Of a DNA stretch of 43,531 nucleotides, positions 8,999 through 17,573 are shown in pieces. Each line of letters opens with the position of its first letter. Position 1 is the stretch's first letter. This DNA is from Parcubacteria group bacterium GW2011_GWA2_38_13 (lineage in GTDB: Bacteria > Patescibacteriota > Patescibacteriia > Buchananbacterales > GWA2-38-13): NCBI GenBank assembly GCA_000992395.1, contig LBUD01000003.1, positions 1 through 43,531 on the forward strand. The letters are read 5' to 3'. Under the pieces are notes generated by a model, which saw nothing but the letters and a program-made list of their open reading frames with translations, did no database searches and had not been told where the DNA came from. The position numbers and the translations under genes are program-made.

Positions 8999-9379
8999 AT
9001 GAAAAATTTATATTGGAATACCAAAAAATCAGGTGTGGCCAGGGTTATAATATTTCCAGTTGGTAAAAAATATAAAGCCATTTGTCTTGATTTTGATATT
9101 ATCGAAGAAGCCTCATCTTTTGATAGGGTCGAAGAGCGAGTTAGAGAAGCCGTTAGAGGTTATGTGGTTAATATTTGTAAGAATAATTTAGACGATAATT
9201 TATTAAATAGACATGCAGATGGAAGGTATTGGAAAATATATGAAAGATATTTAAAAATGATAAGCCATAAAAGACAAATCCAAAGAAGAGGATCAAATCC
9301 AAATTTTAATAGACTAACTTTAAATTCATGGCCAGTTCAAGAATTAATGAAACAGCAAGCGTGTCCTTCAAGTTGTTAA
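8999..9379 (+). CDS. HicB-like antitoxin candidate (N-terminal HicB fold, atypical C terminus)
   Basis: VARVIIFPVGKKYKAICLDFDIIEEASSFDRVEERVREAVRGYV resembles the HicB N-terminal domain pattern. Sits 9 nt upstream of the HicA-like gene. No RHH/HTH recognised in the tail. Confidence 0.5.
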   Translation: MKNLYWNTKKSGVARVIIFPVGKKYKAICLDFDIIEEASSFDRVEERVREAVRGYVVNICKNNLDDNLLNRHADGRYWKIYERYLKMISHKRQIQRRGSNPNFNRLTLNSWPVQELMKQQACPSSC

Positions 9380-9388
9380 TATATATTT

Positions 9389-9661
9389 ATGTCTCGACTA
9401 AAGAATTGGTCATTTAAAGACTTAGAAAATTTTTTAAGGGATTATAAGTTTAATCTTGGACATATTGAGGGTTCTCACTATTTTTTTAACGGTAGGGTTA
9501 ATGGTATAGATAGGGTTGTACAAGTAATTTATAGTAAAAAGGAAAAAGGAGGTCAGAGTGATAAAACAATGAAGTTTGCCGTTAAACATTCAGGGATTCC
9601 GAAAGAATATTTTATGGAATGGAAAGCGTCTAGATCTGTGCATAATGAAATTATAGATTAA
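9389..9661 (+). CDS. hicA: HicA-like toxin (YcfA/HicA mRNA interferase family)
   Basis: KDLENFLRDYKFNLGHIEGSHYFF with the conserved GSH, then a beta-strand VVQVIY and KTMKFAVKHSGI, matching HicA layout. 90 aa. Confidence 0.6.
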   Translation: MSRLKNWSFKDLENFLRDYKFNLGHIEGSHYFFNGRVNGIDRVVQVIYSKKEKGGQSDKTMKFAVKHSGIPKEYFMEWKASRSVHNEIID

Positions 9662-9709
9662 TTGCTTATGTTTATAAGAAAAGCAGAATTTAATGAAAGA
9701 ATCAAATAG

Positions 9710-9734
9710 AATCATCTAAAAGATGATTTCTTTT
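9710..9734 (+). terminator. Rho-independent terminator after the HicA-like gene
   Basis: AATCATCT-aaa-AGATGATT perfect 8-bp stem followed by TCTTTT. Confidence 0.65.
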
Positions 9735-9793
9735 ATAAATAACTAAATTTGATAAAGGTATCTTTTAGGTATATATTAAGTATGTAGACTATA

Positions 9794-9822
9794 TTGACAA
9801 CATAAAGCAAGGAGTCTAAATA
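9794..9822 (+). promoter_or_regulatory. Sigma-70-like promoter
   Basis: TTGACA 9794-9799, 17-nt spacer, TAAATA 9817-9822. Confidence 0.4.
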
Positions 9823-9850
9823 TTTACATAGTAAATGAAGAAAAAATAAT

Positions 9851-10285
9851 ATGAATAAAGCATTACAAATTTTAATAGCATTGGGTATATTCATAGCCGG
9901 GGTTGGAGTCGGATTTTATTTTATTTTTTTTCTACCACAATCAAAATCTCAAACAGAGAAACGATTAGCAAGCCAAGAGTTGCAGGATAAAATAGTTGAA
10001 TGTCAGAAACTTGCACCAAGTGCAGCAAAGATATTAAACGATAGATTAGCTAATGATGAAACCTTAATCGAAAAAGTAAAGTATAACGAGAAGGATAAAA
10101 AATGTTATGCTTTAGTGGGAAGTAAAAAATGCTACATTGAGAGTTGTGTATTTAGAGAAGACGTAATTGATGTTTATGAAAACAAAACTATAATATATGA
10201 TTTTATTGGTAATGATAATAATGCTCAAGGGTTAGAAGGTACTAAATCGTTCAGTGAAGAGGTGGAGAAATATTTTTCAAATTAG
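9851..10285 (+). CDS. Small membrane-anchored/exported protein with four Cys, unknown function
   Basis: 144-aa ORF with an N-terminal TM (ILIALGIFIAGVGVGFYFIFF). Confidence 0.6.
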   Translation: MNKALQILIALGIFIAGVGVGFYFIFFLPQSKSQTEKRLASQELQDKIVECQKLAPSAAKILNDRLANDETLIEKVKYNEKDKKCYALVGSKKCYIESCVFREDVIDVYENKTIIYDFIGNDNNAQGLEGTKSFSEEVEKYFSN

Positions 10286-10335
10286 AAGATAATGTGTGGT
10301 CATTAAAATTTGTATAAAAGATAATATATAATATT

Positions 10336-11067
10336 ATGAAAGGTATAATTTTAGCAGGAGGTACCGGATCGCGGCTTGATCCCTTGACCCGCGTAACGAA
10401 TAAACATTTATTGCCCGTATACGACCGGCCGATGATTTATTTTCCCATACAGACTTTGGTATCTGCGGGCATCACCGAGATAATGATTGTATCGGGCAAA
10501 GGGCACGCCGGGCATTTTTTGGAGCTTTTAAAATCCGGAAAAGATTTTGGAGCGAAATTTTCTTATGGCGTGCAGGAAGAAGCGGGAGGAATCGCGCAGG
10601 CTCTGGGACTTTGCGAAGATTTTTCGGGCAAGGAAAAAATTATGGTGATACTTGGCGATAATTTTGTAGAGGATAATTTAAAACAAGCTGTTGATGATTT
10701 CGAGAAAATGAAAGAAGGCGCAAAAATATTTTTAAAAGAGGTGAAAAATCCTCGGTCATTTGGCGTTGCTCAAATCCAGGGTGATAAAATAATACATATA
10801 GAAGAAAAGCCCGTTGAACCAAAATCCAATTTTGCCGTTGTTGGCATATATATGTTTGATAACAAGGTATGGAATGTCATTAAAACACTAAAGCCCTCCA
10901 AAAGAGGAGAACTTGAAATTACGGATGTAAATAACTATTATGTGAAACGCGAGGAAATGAGATTTGATATACTCAAGGGATGGTGGAGCGATTGCGGAGA
11001 ATCTTTTAATAGCTTGCTTGAGGCTGCATTACTTGTTCAAAAAAAGGCAGATCAGAAGGCGAAATAA
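10336..11067 (+). CDS. rfbA: Glucose-1-phosphate thymidylyltransferase-type sugar nucleotidyltransferase (short form)
   Basis: MKGIILAGGTGSRLDPLTRVTNKHLLPVYDRPMIYFPI signature, plus GDN and EKP motifs. Confidence 0.85.
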   Translation: MKGIILAGGTGSRLDPLTRVTNKHLLPVYDRPMIYFPIQTLVSAGITEIMIVSGKGHAGHFLELLKSGKDFGAKFSYGVQEEAGGIAQALGLCEDFSGKEKIMVILGDNFVEDNLKQAVDDFEKMKEGAKIFLKEVKNPRSFGVAQIQGDKIIHIEEKPVEPKSNFAVVGIYMFDNKVWNVIKTLKPSKRGELEITDVNNYYVKREEMRFDILKGWWSDCGESFNSLLEAALLVQKKADQKAK

Positions 11068-12451
11068 GCGTATATATAAATAATCCGCCGTTATCATTTA
11101 TTTTTCCGTTTATCCAAATACTATTTCCCATTCGGCCTTCGATGGAAAAATTTTGTAAAGGATAACCTTGCGCCAAAAGATATACATTTTTTTCATTATA
11201 TGGTTTAGCATCGGTAATATACAGCGTGTTGTCCAGCTGGTATACGATGCTATTTTCGTTAAGCGCCCATCCGATATTTTTAATGGGAACTCCGAAACGA
11301 TTTATTAATTTTTCAGTTTTTGCCGTAACGTCAAATATATAAAGCTCAAAATCATTTGAGTACAGAAATCTGTTTTTATCATCCGTCCAACGGATATTTT
11401 TTATTTTTCCTTCGAAAATAGTATTGTCTTCCATATCGTTTTTATTTTCGCTGCTGAAAATTTTTGTTTTTATAATAAAAGAATCTCCTTTGGATCTTTC
11501 AGTCAGAAGCATCAGATCTTTTGATATGAGTTCTATAAAATATTGCGTTGTGTCGGGTATTTTTACTGTTTGCGTTTTTGAGCTGTTTGAAATTTCACTC
11601 CTTTTCAGATATGAGCCGGTTTTTTCAAGCGATGTGTGGTAGATAAAGGGGCTTGCCACGACAAAATTTTTTATGGAAGCGTTTGTGATTTTTTTTGTGG
11701 AAACAAGAGCCAAATCAATTTGATACAGACCGGATTCATCGGAGCCGTATAAAAGAGTATTATCAAAAAAATCCCATTGCATGGCATTAAAATGAATTTG
11801 TAGCGTATCGAAAACGCTAGAGATATCCATTACCTCTGTATTTAAAATAAAAAATTGTTTTTTTTCCTTAAGCGTGCTTTCAAAAAGTAGTTTTTTATTA
11901 TTATTTGACCACCCGATAAAATATATTTCAGAATCCAATGGAAAGGATTTTATTTGTTCCAGCGATTCTTTGTCATAATCAAAAAGCATTAATACTATTT
12001 CATTATTTTTTCTTTCCTGTATGATCATGTTTTGCGATCCCGGGATATTTTGAAAAGATACGACATCCCCCCCCAAGACTAACCGAGGCGCTTCTTGTTT
12101 AGTCAAATAAACCGTTTTAATAAAAGTGACCAGGTTTGATACAATTTTAATATTGTTTTTCCATGGAAAATAGCCGTTTTTATTGATTTCAAGCTCATAA
12201 GCATCCCCAAGAAGATAATTTATTTTAGCCGGTGTTTTGGTTTTATAGAGTTTGCCATTAATAAAAATATTTGAATTTTTTGGCACGGATTCAACTATAA
12301 GAGATCCGGTTTTTTCAAATTTTAACATTTTTGTATTAAAGCGGTATCCTGACGCAAACGCTAAAATAACCGGAGTAATAATAAAAAATAACAGGATAAA
12401 GAATGAATAGAGGAATCGTTTTGTTATAAGTTTCATATTTTCTTGTAGCAA
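11006..12451 (-). CDS. Membrane-anchored PEGA-domain protein with TolB-like beta-propeller-type repeats
   Basis: N-terminal TM. PEGA-like block SLIVESVPKNSNIFINGKLYKTKTP...YELEINKNGYFPW. Recurrent W..D/N...L.Y strands afterwards. Alternative ATG at 12436. The 3' end overlaps rfbA by 62 nt, convergently. Confidence 0.7.
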   Translation of the reverse strand: MLQENMKLITKRFLYSFFILLFFIITPVILAFASGYRFNTKMLKFEKTGSLIVESVPKNSNIFINGKLYKTKTPAKINYLLGDAYELEINKNGYFPWKNNIKIVSNLVTFIKTVYLTKQEAPRLVLGGDVVSFQNIPGSQNMIIQERKNNEIVLMLFDYDKESLEQIKSFPLDSEIYFIGWSNNNKKLLFESTLKEKKQFFILNTEVMDISSVFDTLQIHFNAMQWDFFDNTLLYGSDESGLYQIDLALVSTKKITNASIKNFVVASPFIYHTSLEKTGSYLKRSEISNSSKTQTVKIPDTTQYFIELISKDLMLLTERSKGDSFIIKTKIFSSENKNDMEDNTIFEGKIKNIRWTDDKNRFLYSNDFELYIFDVTAKTEKLINRFGVPIKNIGWALNENSIVYQLDNTLYITDAKPYNEKNVYLLAQGYPLQNFSIEGRMGNSIWINGKINDNGGLFIYTLISPSDLPFFEQVMQPQASY

Positions 12452-12564
12452 GGCGTAAAACGTAGTACAATATAAGATAAGATATCAAATTAATAGTTCG
12501 GATTAATTTTTAAGATTATAATGATACGCGTTATTGTATCATTGTATCATTTTTTATTTAGCTT

Positions 12565-13857
12565 ATGAATATAGAACAAGACCATTTCGAAAAACAAGAT
12601 AAACCAAATTTGAACACCTATTTTATTATGATAGGAATATTGGCAGTGTCTTTTGTTGCCGGTTATTATTTTAACGAGTTTGCGGTTGGCAAAAAATTTA
12701 TTTCATCGCGTCCCGGAACCGTCGGGTCACAGGGAAATGGCACTACGACAGTTGAAATAATAGCAGACAGAAATGATATTCCGTCAACAGTATCAAAAAA
12801 GGTTGATTTTAATCTATTCTGGCAAGCGTGGGATTATATTCAGAGCAATTACGTTGATACGGACGTAACGGACCCGCAATTATTTTATGGATCAATGGAG
12901 GGGATGGTTGCGTCGCTTGGGGATCCGTACTCGGTGTATTTTGAACCCGAACTATCGAAAAAATTTCAACAAGAAATTTCCGGAAGTTTTGATGGAATTG
13001 GGGCGGAAATCGGGCTGAAAAATAATATTGTCACAATAATCTCTCCGCTCAGCGGCGGCCCTGCCCAAAAAGCAGGCCTGAAAGCCGGCGATAGCGTTAT
13101 AAGCATTGATGGCAAAGAAACAAAAGATATTTCACTGGATTACGCAGTTGAACTTATCCGGGGGATTAAGGGCACTTCTGTAACTTTAATTATTTTCCGG
13201 AAAGGCGAAGCCGACACAAGAAGTTTTTCGGTACAAAGAGATAAAATCGGCATTGAAAGCGTTGAATGGTCGCTTTTGCCGGGCAATATTATTGATCTGA
13301 AGCTTAAATATTTCAATGAGAATACCTTAGATGATTTCCGCGATTCTGTCAATGAATTCATGGCAAAAAAGCCAAAAGGCATAATATTGGATATGCGTAA
13401 TAATCCGGGAGGCCTGCTTTCTACCGCTATTGAAATAACGTCATTTTGGGTTGGTGGCGATGAGAATATTGTCATTGAGCGCGGGCGCGATGGGCAATAT
13501 GTAGGTGAACGGGCGAATAACAACAACGCAATATTAAAAAATATTCCAACCATTGTGCTTATCAATAAAGGAAGCGCTTCGGGATCGGAAATTCTTGCCG
13601 GAGCTCTGCAGGATTTAAAATTAGCCGAGCTTGTCGGAGAAACAAGTTTTGGCAAGGGATCCGTGCAGGATCTAAGGGAATTAAGAGACGGATCGTCTAT
13701 AAAACTTACGATTGCAAAGTGGTTTACGCCTCTTGGCAGGGAAATCAATGAAAAAGGAATAGACCCCGATATTACAATAGAGCTTACTGATGAAGATTGG
13801 AACAACGACAAAGATCCGCAGATGGATAAAGCAATTGAGCTTTTGACTAAAAAATAG
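12565..13857 (+). CDS. ctpA: Carboxy-terminal processing protease (S41) with PDZ domain
   Basis: N-terminal TM, PDZ block (GGPAQKAGLKAGDSVISIDG), S41 catalytic region (GSASGSEILAGALQD ... ETSFGKGSVQ). Confidence 0.9.
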   Translation: MNIEQDHFEKQDKPNLNTYFIMIGILAVSFVAGYYFNEFAVGKKFISSRPGTVGSQGNGTTTVEIIADRNDIPSTVSKKVDFNLFWQAWDYIQSNYVDTDVTDPQLFYGSMEGMVASLGDPYSVYFEPELSKKFQQEISGSFDGIGAEIGLKNNIVTIISPLSGGPAQKAGLKAGDSVISIDGKETKDISLDYAVELIRGIKGTSVTLIIFRKGEADTRSFSVQRDKIGIESVEWSLLPGNIIDLKLKYFNENTLDDFRDSVNEFMAKKPKGIILDMRNNPGGLLSTAIEITSFWVGGDENIVIERGRDGQYVGERANNNNAILKNIPTIVLINKGSASGSEILAGALQDLKLAELVGETSFGKGSVQDLRELRDGSSIKLTIAKWFTPLGREINEKGIDPDITIELTDEDWNNDKDPQMDKAIELLTKK

Positions 13858-13863
13858 TATGAT

Positions 13864-13893
13864 TTGCATCAGCTTTTAGATTATTGCTATAAT
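13864..13893 (+). promoter_or_regulatory. Sigma-70-like promoter upstream of rplI
   Basis: TTGCAT 13864-13869, 18-nt spacer, TATAAT 13888-13893. Leaves a leader of about 85 nt. Confidence 0.5.
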
Positions 13894-13983
13894 GGAGTAC
13901 TGAATGCGGAGATTATTGCTATTGACGCAACGTGGGATAGGGGGGTTGGAGATTTTAATGAATTTGAAATAAAATAAGCAAAT

Positions 13984-14436
13984 ATGAAAGTATTATTATT
14001 GAGAAATGTTGACGGTCTGGGGAAAGAGGGTGAGATAAAAGAAGTTTCGCCGGGATATGCAAGAAATTTTTTAATTCCTCGGGGTTTGGCGGATATTGCA
14101 ACCGTTGATTTGATCAATCAGATAGCCGGAAGAAAGAAGAATGCAACTCATAGGGCAGAGATGGCGCTTGCCAATGCCGAGGCGCTTGCCAAGAAGCTTG
14201 AAACAATCAAAATTGAAATATTTGCAAAAGCAAATGAAACAGGAACTCTTTACGCAGCCATTTCTCCCGCAGTAATTGAAAAAACACTTGAAAAAATGGG
14301 CATAAAAATTTCTAAAGATCAGATCATGGCAACGCATATAAAGGAAGTGGGGGAGCATGAAATAACTGTCCGGCTCGCGCACGCTCTTGAAGCGCGCGTG
14401 TTTTGCATCATACATCCGGTCAAGAATAACATATAA
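13984..14436 (+). CDS. rplI: 50S ribosomal protein L9
   Basis: [36 protein letters not shown] is the canonical L9 N terminus. 150 aa. Confidence 0.95.
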   Translation: MKVLLLRNVDGLGKEGEIKEVSPGYARNFLIPRGLADIATVDLINQIAGRKKNATHRAEMALANAEALAKKLETIKIEIFAKANETGTLYAAISPAVIEKTLEKMGIKISKDQIMATHIKEVGEHEITVRLAHALEARVFCIIHPVKNNI

Positions 14437-14511
14437 ATAGTATTGATTTTTTATTTATTATCATAATTCGCCTACCCTATCGGTGGGTTTTCTCATAATA
14501 AATTCTCATAT

Positions 14512-16143
14512 ATGCCCAAATACATATTTGTGATGGGAGGAGTTTTGTCGGGAATAGGCAAGGGGATAGCCACGTCATCTATAGGGAAATTGTTGCAATT
14601 GCGCGGTTTTCGCGTTACCGCGATAAAAATTGATCCCTATATAAATGTTGACGCGGGCACAATGAATCCAACGGAGCATGGGGAAGTATTCGTGACCGAG
14701 GATGGGGATGAAACCGATCAGGACATCGGCAACTATGAACGTTTCTTGGATACAAATATTTATCGGGATAATTATATGACGACCGGCAGGGTATATCTTT
14801 CGGTGATAGAGCGTGAAAGAAATTTGGGCTACGGAGGAAAGTGCGTGGAAGTTGTACCTCATATTCCGGAAGAAGTGATGGCGAGGATAAAAAAAGCCGG
14901 AAAAAAATCAAAAGCTGATTTTATAATAATTGAAATTGGCGGAACGGTCGGTGAATACCAGAATATTTTATTTTTAGAAGCTGCCCGGCTTATGCATTAT
15001 CGTTATCCAAACGATGTGCTTTTTATTTTATTAAGTTACCTGCCAATACCTAAAAACCTCGGTGAGATGAAAACAAAGCCGACCCAGCATGCCGTATCGC
15101 AGGTAAACGCGGCAGGGATCCAGCCGGATTTTATTTTGGCGCGCGGGGAATTGCCCCTAGACAAGCCGAGAAAAGAAAAATTATCAATATTTTGCAATGT
15201 GAAAAAGGACCATATCATATCGGCTCCCGACGTGAAACACATCCTTGATGTTCCGATAAATTTTGAAAATGAAAAATTGAGTGAAAAAATATTGAAAAAT
15301 TTGAATATAAAATCACGAACAAACAAATTTTCTGAATGGAAAAAACAAATAAGAAAATATCAGAGGCTTAAAAAGATTGTGAAAATAGGTATTGTGGGCA
15401 AATACTTTGCTACAGGCGATTTTATTTTACCCGATGCCTATATATCTGTTATAAACGCCATAAAAGAAGGATGCAACGCATGCGGATGCGTTGCGCAATT
15501 GGAATGGATAGACTCTGATATATATGAAAAAAATCCTTTAAAAGTGAAAGAAATTTATGCCTATGATGGAATAGTTGTGCCGGGCGGTTTTGGCAAGAGA
15601 GGAATTGAAGGAAAAATTCGCGCCATCCAATATGTTCGCGAGAATAACATACCATATTTGGGTTTATGCTACGGGATGCAGCTTGCGACAATAGAATTCG
15701 CAAGAAATATTTGCGGTATGAAAGAGGCAAATTCAACCGAGATTGATCCTGAAACAAAATTTCCTGTCATACATATAATATCCGAGCAGGCCGAATTATT
15801 GAAGAAAAAACAATACGGAAATACCATGAGGCTTGGAGCATGGCCGTGTGTTTTAGATAAATCGTCAAAAAGTTTCCAGGCGTATAAAACAACCAAAATA
15901 TCAGAGCGCCATAGGCACAGATATGAATTGAATAATAGTTTCAGGGAGGCTCTGGTAAAAAAAGGATTATTGCTCGCAGGGCTTTCGCCTGATAAAAATC
16001 TTGTAGAAATTATTGAAATACCCGGACATCCATTTTTTGTGGGAACGCAATTTCATCCCGAATTCAAATCAAGGATTTTACGGGCGCATCCATTATTTAA
16101 GGCATTTGCCGAAGCTGCAAAAAAAAGAAGCGAAAAAAAGTAG
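14512..16143 (+). CDS. pyrG: CTP synthase
   Basis: KYIFVMGGVLSGIGKG N terminus and glutamine amidotransferase motif (GLCYGMQ, HRHRYE). 543 aa. Confidence 0.97.
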   Translation: MPKYIFVMGGVLSGIGKGIATSSIGKLLQLRGFRVTAIKIDPYINVDAGTMNPTEHGEVFVTEDGDETDQDIGNYERFLDTNIYRDNYMTTGRVYLSVIERERNLGYGGKCVEVVPHIPEEVMARIKKAGKKSKADFIIIEIGGTVGEYQNILFLEAARLMHYRYPNDVLFILLSYLPIPKNLGEMKTKPTQHAVSQVNAAGIQPDFILARGELPLDKPRKEKLSIFCNVKKDHIISAPDVKHILDVPINFENEKLSEKILKNLNIKSRTNKFSEWKKQIRKYQRLKKIVKIGIVGKYFATGDFILPDAYISVINAIKEGCNACGCVAQLEWIDSDIYEKNPLKVKEIYAYDGIVVPGGFGKRGIEGKIRAIQYVRENNIPYLGLCYGMQLATIEFARNICGMKEANSTEIDPETKFPVIHIISEQAELLKKKQYGNTMRLGAWPCVLDKSSKSFQAYKTTKISERHRHRYELNNSFREALVKKGLLLAGLSPDKNLVEIIEIPGHPFFVGTQFHPEFKSRILRAHPLFKAFAEAAKKRSEKK

Positions 16144-16168
16144 TAAAAAATATTTTCCAAATAAAAAA

Positions 16169-16196
16169 ACGTCTCCACGACCGTGGAGGCGTTTTT
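16169..16196. terminator. Bidirectional terminator between convergent pyrG and rpmA
   Basis: ACGTCTCCAC-gacc-GTGGAGGCGT (one mismatch), flanked by AAAAAAA upstream and TTTTT downstream. Confidence 0.8.
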
Positions 16197-16208
16197 AAAA
16201 TATATGAA

Positions 16209-16517
16209 CTATTTTGCTTTTACTTTCTTTACTTCCTTGGTTTCGGAAATGACATTGGCGAATCTGGCCATCCTTAGCTTACCATTGATTTTTTTTATTT
16301 TTTTCGTGCTGAATTTCACAAAACCCGGCTGTATTGCGAAAAGGGTATCATCAATGCCTTTTTTTACATTTTTTCCCGGTCGAATTTTTGTTCCGCGCTG
16401 CCTGACAATTATTGCTCCGATTTTCGCGTATTCTCCTCCATAGAGCTTTACTCCAAGGCGTTGCGCTCGCGAGTCGCGGCCTAAGCTTGTGGAACCGCCT
16501 GCTTTTTTATGAGCCAT
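16209..16517 (-). CDS. rpmA: 50S ribosomal protein L27 with a Lys-rich C-terminal extension
   Basis: [29 protein letters not shown]...VRQRGTK signature. Confidence 0.95.
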   Translation of the reverse strand: MAHKKAGGSTSLGRDSRAQRLGVKLYGGEYAKIGAIIVRQRGTKIRPGKNVKKGIDDTLFAIQPGFVKFSTKKIKKINGKLRMARFANVISETKEVKKVKAK

Positions 16518-16522
16518 AAAAT

Positions 16523-16550
16523 AGTTAAAAGTTAAAAGTGAAAAGTTAAA
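16523..16550. repeat. Four tandem 7-nt units (AGTTAAA, AGTTAAA, AGTGAAA, AGTTAAA) in the rpmA 5' leader
   Basis: Read directly. Begins 6 nt upstream of the rpmA start codon (minus strand). Confidence 0.8.
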
Positions 16551-16597
16551 GGTTTATATAGATTTAAGGATATAATATTTAAGAGTATTTGTAAATA

Positions 16598-16626
16598 TTG
16601 ACAAATATATTCAGATGTGCCATAAT
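16598..16626 (+). promoter_or_regulatory. Sigma-70-like promoter of the first island gene
   Basis: TTGACA 16598-16603, 17-nt spacer, CATAAT 16621-16626. The overlapping TTGTCA on the minus strand could serve rpmA. Confidence 0.5.
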
Positions 16627-16751
16627 AATACATAGTATATTTACAAGCAAATAGTAAGTTTTTGGTTTTCCAAAACCATACATTTTTCAAGAAAAATAAT
16701 ATGTTTTTGGGTTATGTTTACCGAAGTTCTTTTTAAGGAAAGGAGATTGTC

Positions 16752-17360
16752 ATGGCGGAAAAGAGATTTTCTGTCACCGGCGATCAGTATCGTGTTTGCC
16801 ATCGGAGAATGCGTGAAATTTGCCGTCAGCTTGATCAGGATGGCGGAAGCCCTCTTGATCCCGAGTTGGTGGCAAATGAGCTTCAGAAAATCATTGAGTC
16901 CAAAAGTATTGTGGATGGAAAGATTGTCGGCACTTTCACGATTACGTGCGAGGGTTCGCACACGGCATCGGAGCTCAAGGAGCTCGGAAAGTACAACTGG
17001 TCGAACGACTGGATCACTAACGAGCATTTCCCTCTCACCAAGCACGAGCCCGAGAAGCGCACCATCGAATTCGTGAAATTTGATCACGATCCTTCAAGCA
17101 AGGAAGTCCTGGCAGAGTTCGCTTGTCGTGGACTTGATCGTCCAACCTATGAGGACGCTTTCTACTTCGGTGTTCAATATCCCGATGAGCAGAGGAAACG
17201 GTCCATTATCTTCTTGCACGAACCTGTTATGCGCCCGTACAGCAATCCGCTCGTGGTCGAGCTCGGCAGCGATGTCTCGGACCGGGATCTCGGCCTCTAC
17301 TATTTCGAGGGTGACTGGTGTCGCAGCTTTGTCTTCGCTGGCGTTCGCAATCCTGCCTGA
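16752..17360 (+). CDS. Hypothetical cytoplasmic protein in a region of clearly higher G+C
   Basis: 202-aa ORF with a strong SD (AAGGAGAT) 6 nt before the ATG. Composition unlike the flanks; the overlapping ORFs in other frames are GC artefacts. No family recognised. Confidence 0.75.
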   Translation: MAEKRFSVTGDQYRVCHRRMREICRQLDQDGGSPLDPELVANELQKIIESKSIVDGKIVGTFTITCEGSHTASELKELGKYNWSNDWITNEHFPLTKHEPEKRTIEFVKFDHDPSSKEVLAEFACRGLDRPTYEDAFYFGVQYPDEQRKRSIIFLHEPVMRPYSNPLVVELGSDVSDRDLGLYYFEGDWCRSFVFAGVRNPA

Positions 17361-17398
17361 TCAATAGGAAAAATCAGCTTTAACGGCTGATAAGCCTA

Positions 17399-17448
17399 AG
17401 ACCCTTTTAAGAAATCAAATAATGATTTTCTACTAGGGTCTTTTTTTA
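17399..17448 (+). terminator. Two-tier hairpin terminator
   Basis: AGACCCT...AGGGTCT outer stem, inner GAAATCA-aataa-TGATTTC, then TTTTTTT. The tail GGGTCTTTTTTTATTCCTCTAT nearly matches the 18399-18420 tail. Confidence 0.7.
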
Positions 17449-17573
17449 TTCCTCTATATGTTCCCTCTCCGATTACGCTTCTGCTATTGATAAAATTTTT
17501 ATAATATGGTAAAAAGTATTAATTGTGGTTTTGGTCGCAAAATGGTCAAGGTCATCTATTTTGGAGGTTTTGT

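Noticed and set aside
11006-11067. The 62-nt convergent overlap of the 3' ends of rfbA and the PEGA protein gene.
   Set aside because: Both ORFs look real, and the overlapping tails are non-conserved, low-information C termini. Such overlaps are common in compact genomes, so this is noted but not considered significant.
12533-12550. Tandem ATTGTATC ATTGTATC upstream of ctpA, and the 14-nt direct repeat AGATTATTGCTAT at 13877-13889 and 13911-13923 upstream of rplI.
   Set aside because: These are very short two-copy repeats in AT-rich promoter regions, expected by chance or from local slippage. They carry no further structure.
13140-13811. Long antisense ORFs inside conserved genes. These are 13140-13811(-) in ctpA, 26794-27333(+) in pilC, 34209-34817(+) in ftsW, 35189-35704(+) in yvcK, 40213-40779(-) in ahcY, 41382-41963(-) in murB and 42983-43288(-) in secA.
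   Set aside because: Each lies fully within a confidently identified gene on the other strand or in another frame. They have low-complexity or Ser/Pro/Arg-rich translations and no recognisable motifs, so they are shadow ORFs.
14453-14511. A small hairpin CCTACC-ctatc-GGTGGG plus TTTTCTC, 18 nt upstream of pyrG, as a possible CTP-sensing attenuator like the B. subtilis pyrG leader.
   Set aside because: The stem is only 6 bp with a G-U pair. The only plausible -10 (CATAAT 14462-14467) would start transcription inside the hairpin, and no leader sequence resembles the known system.
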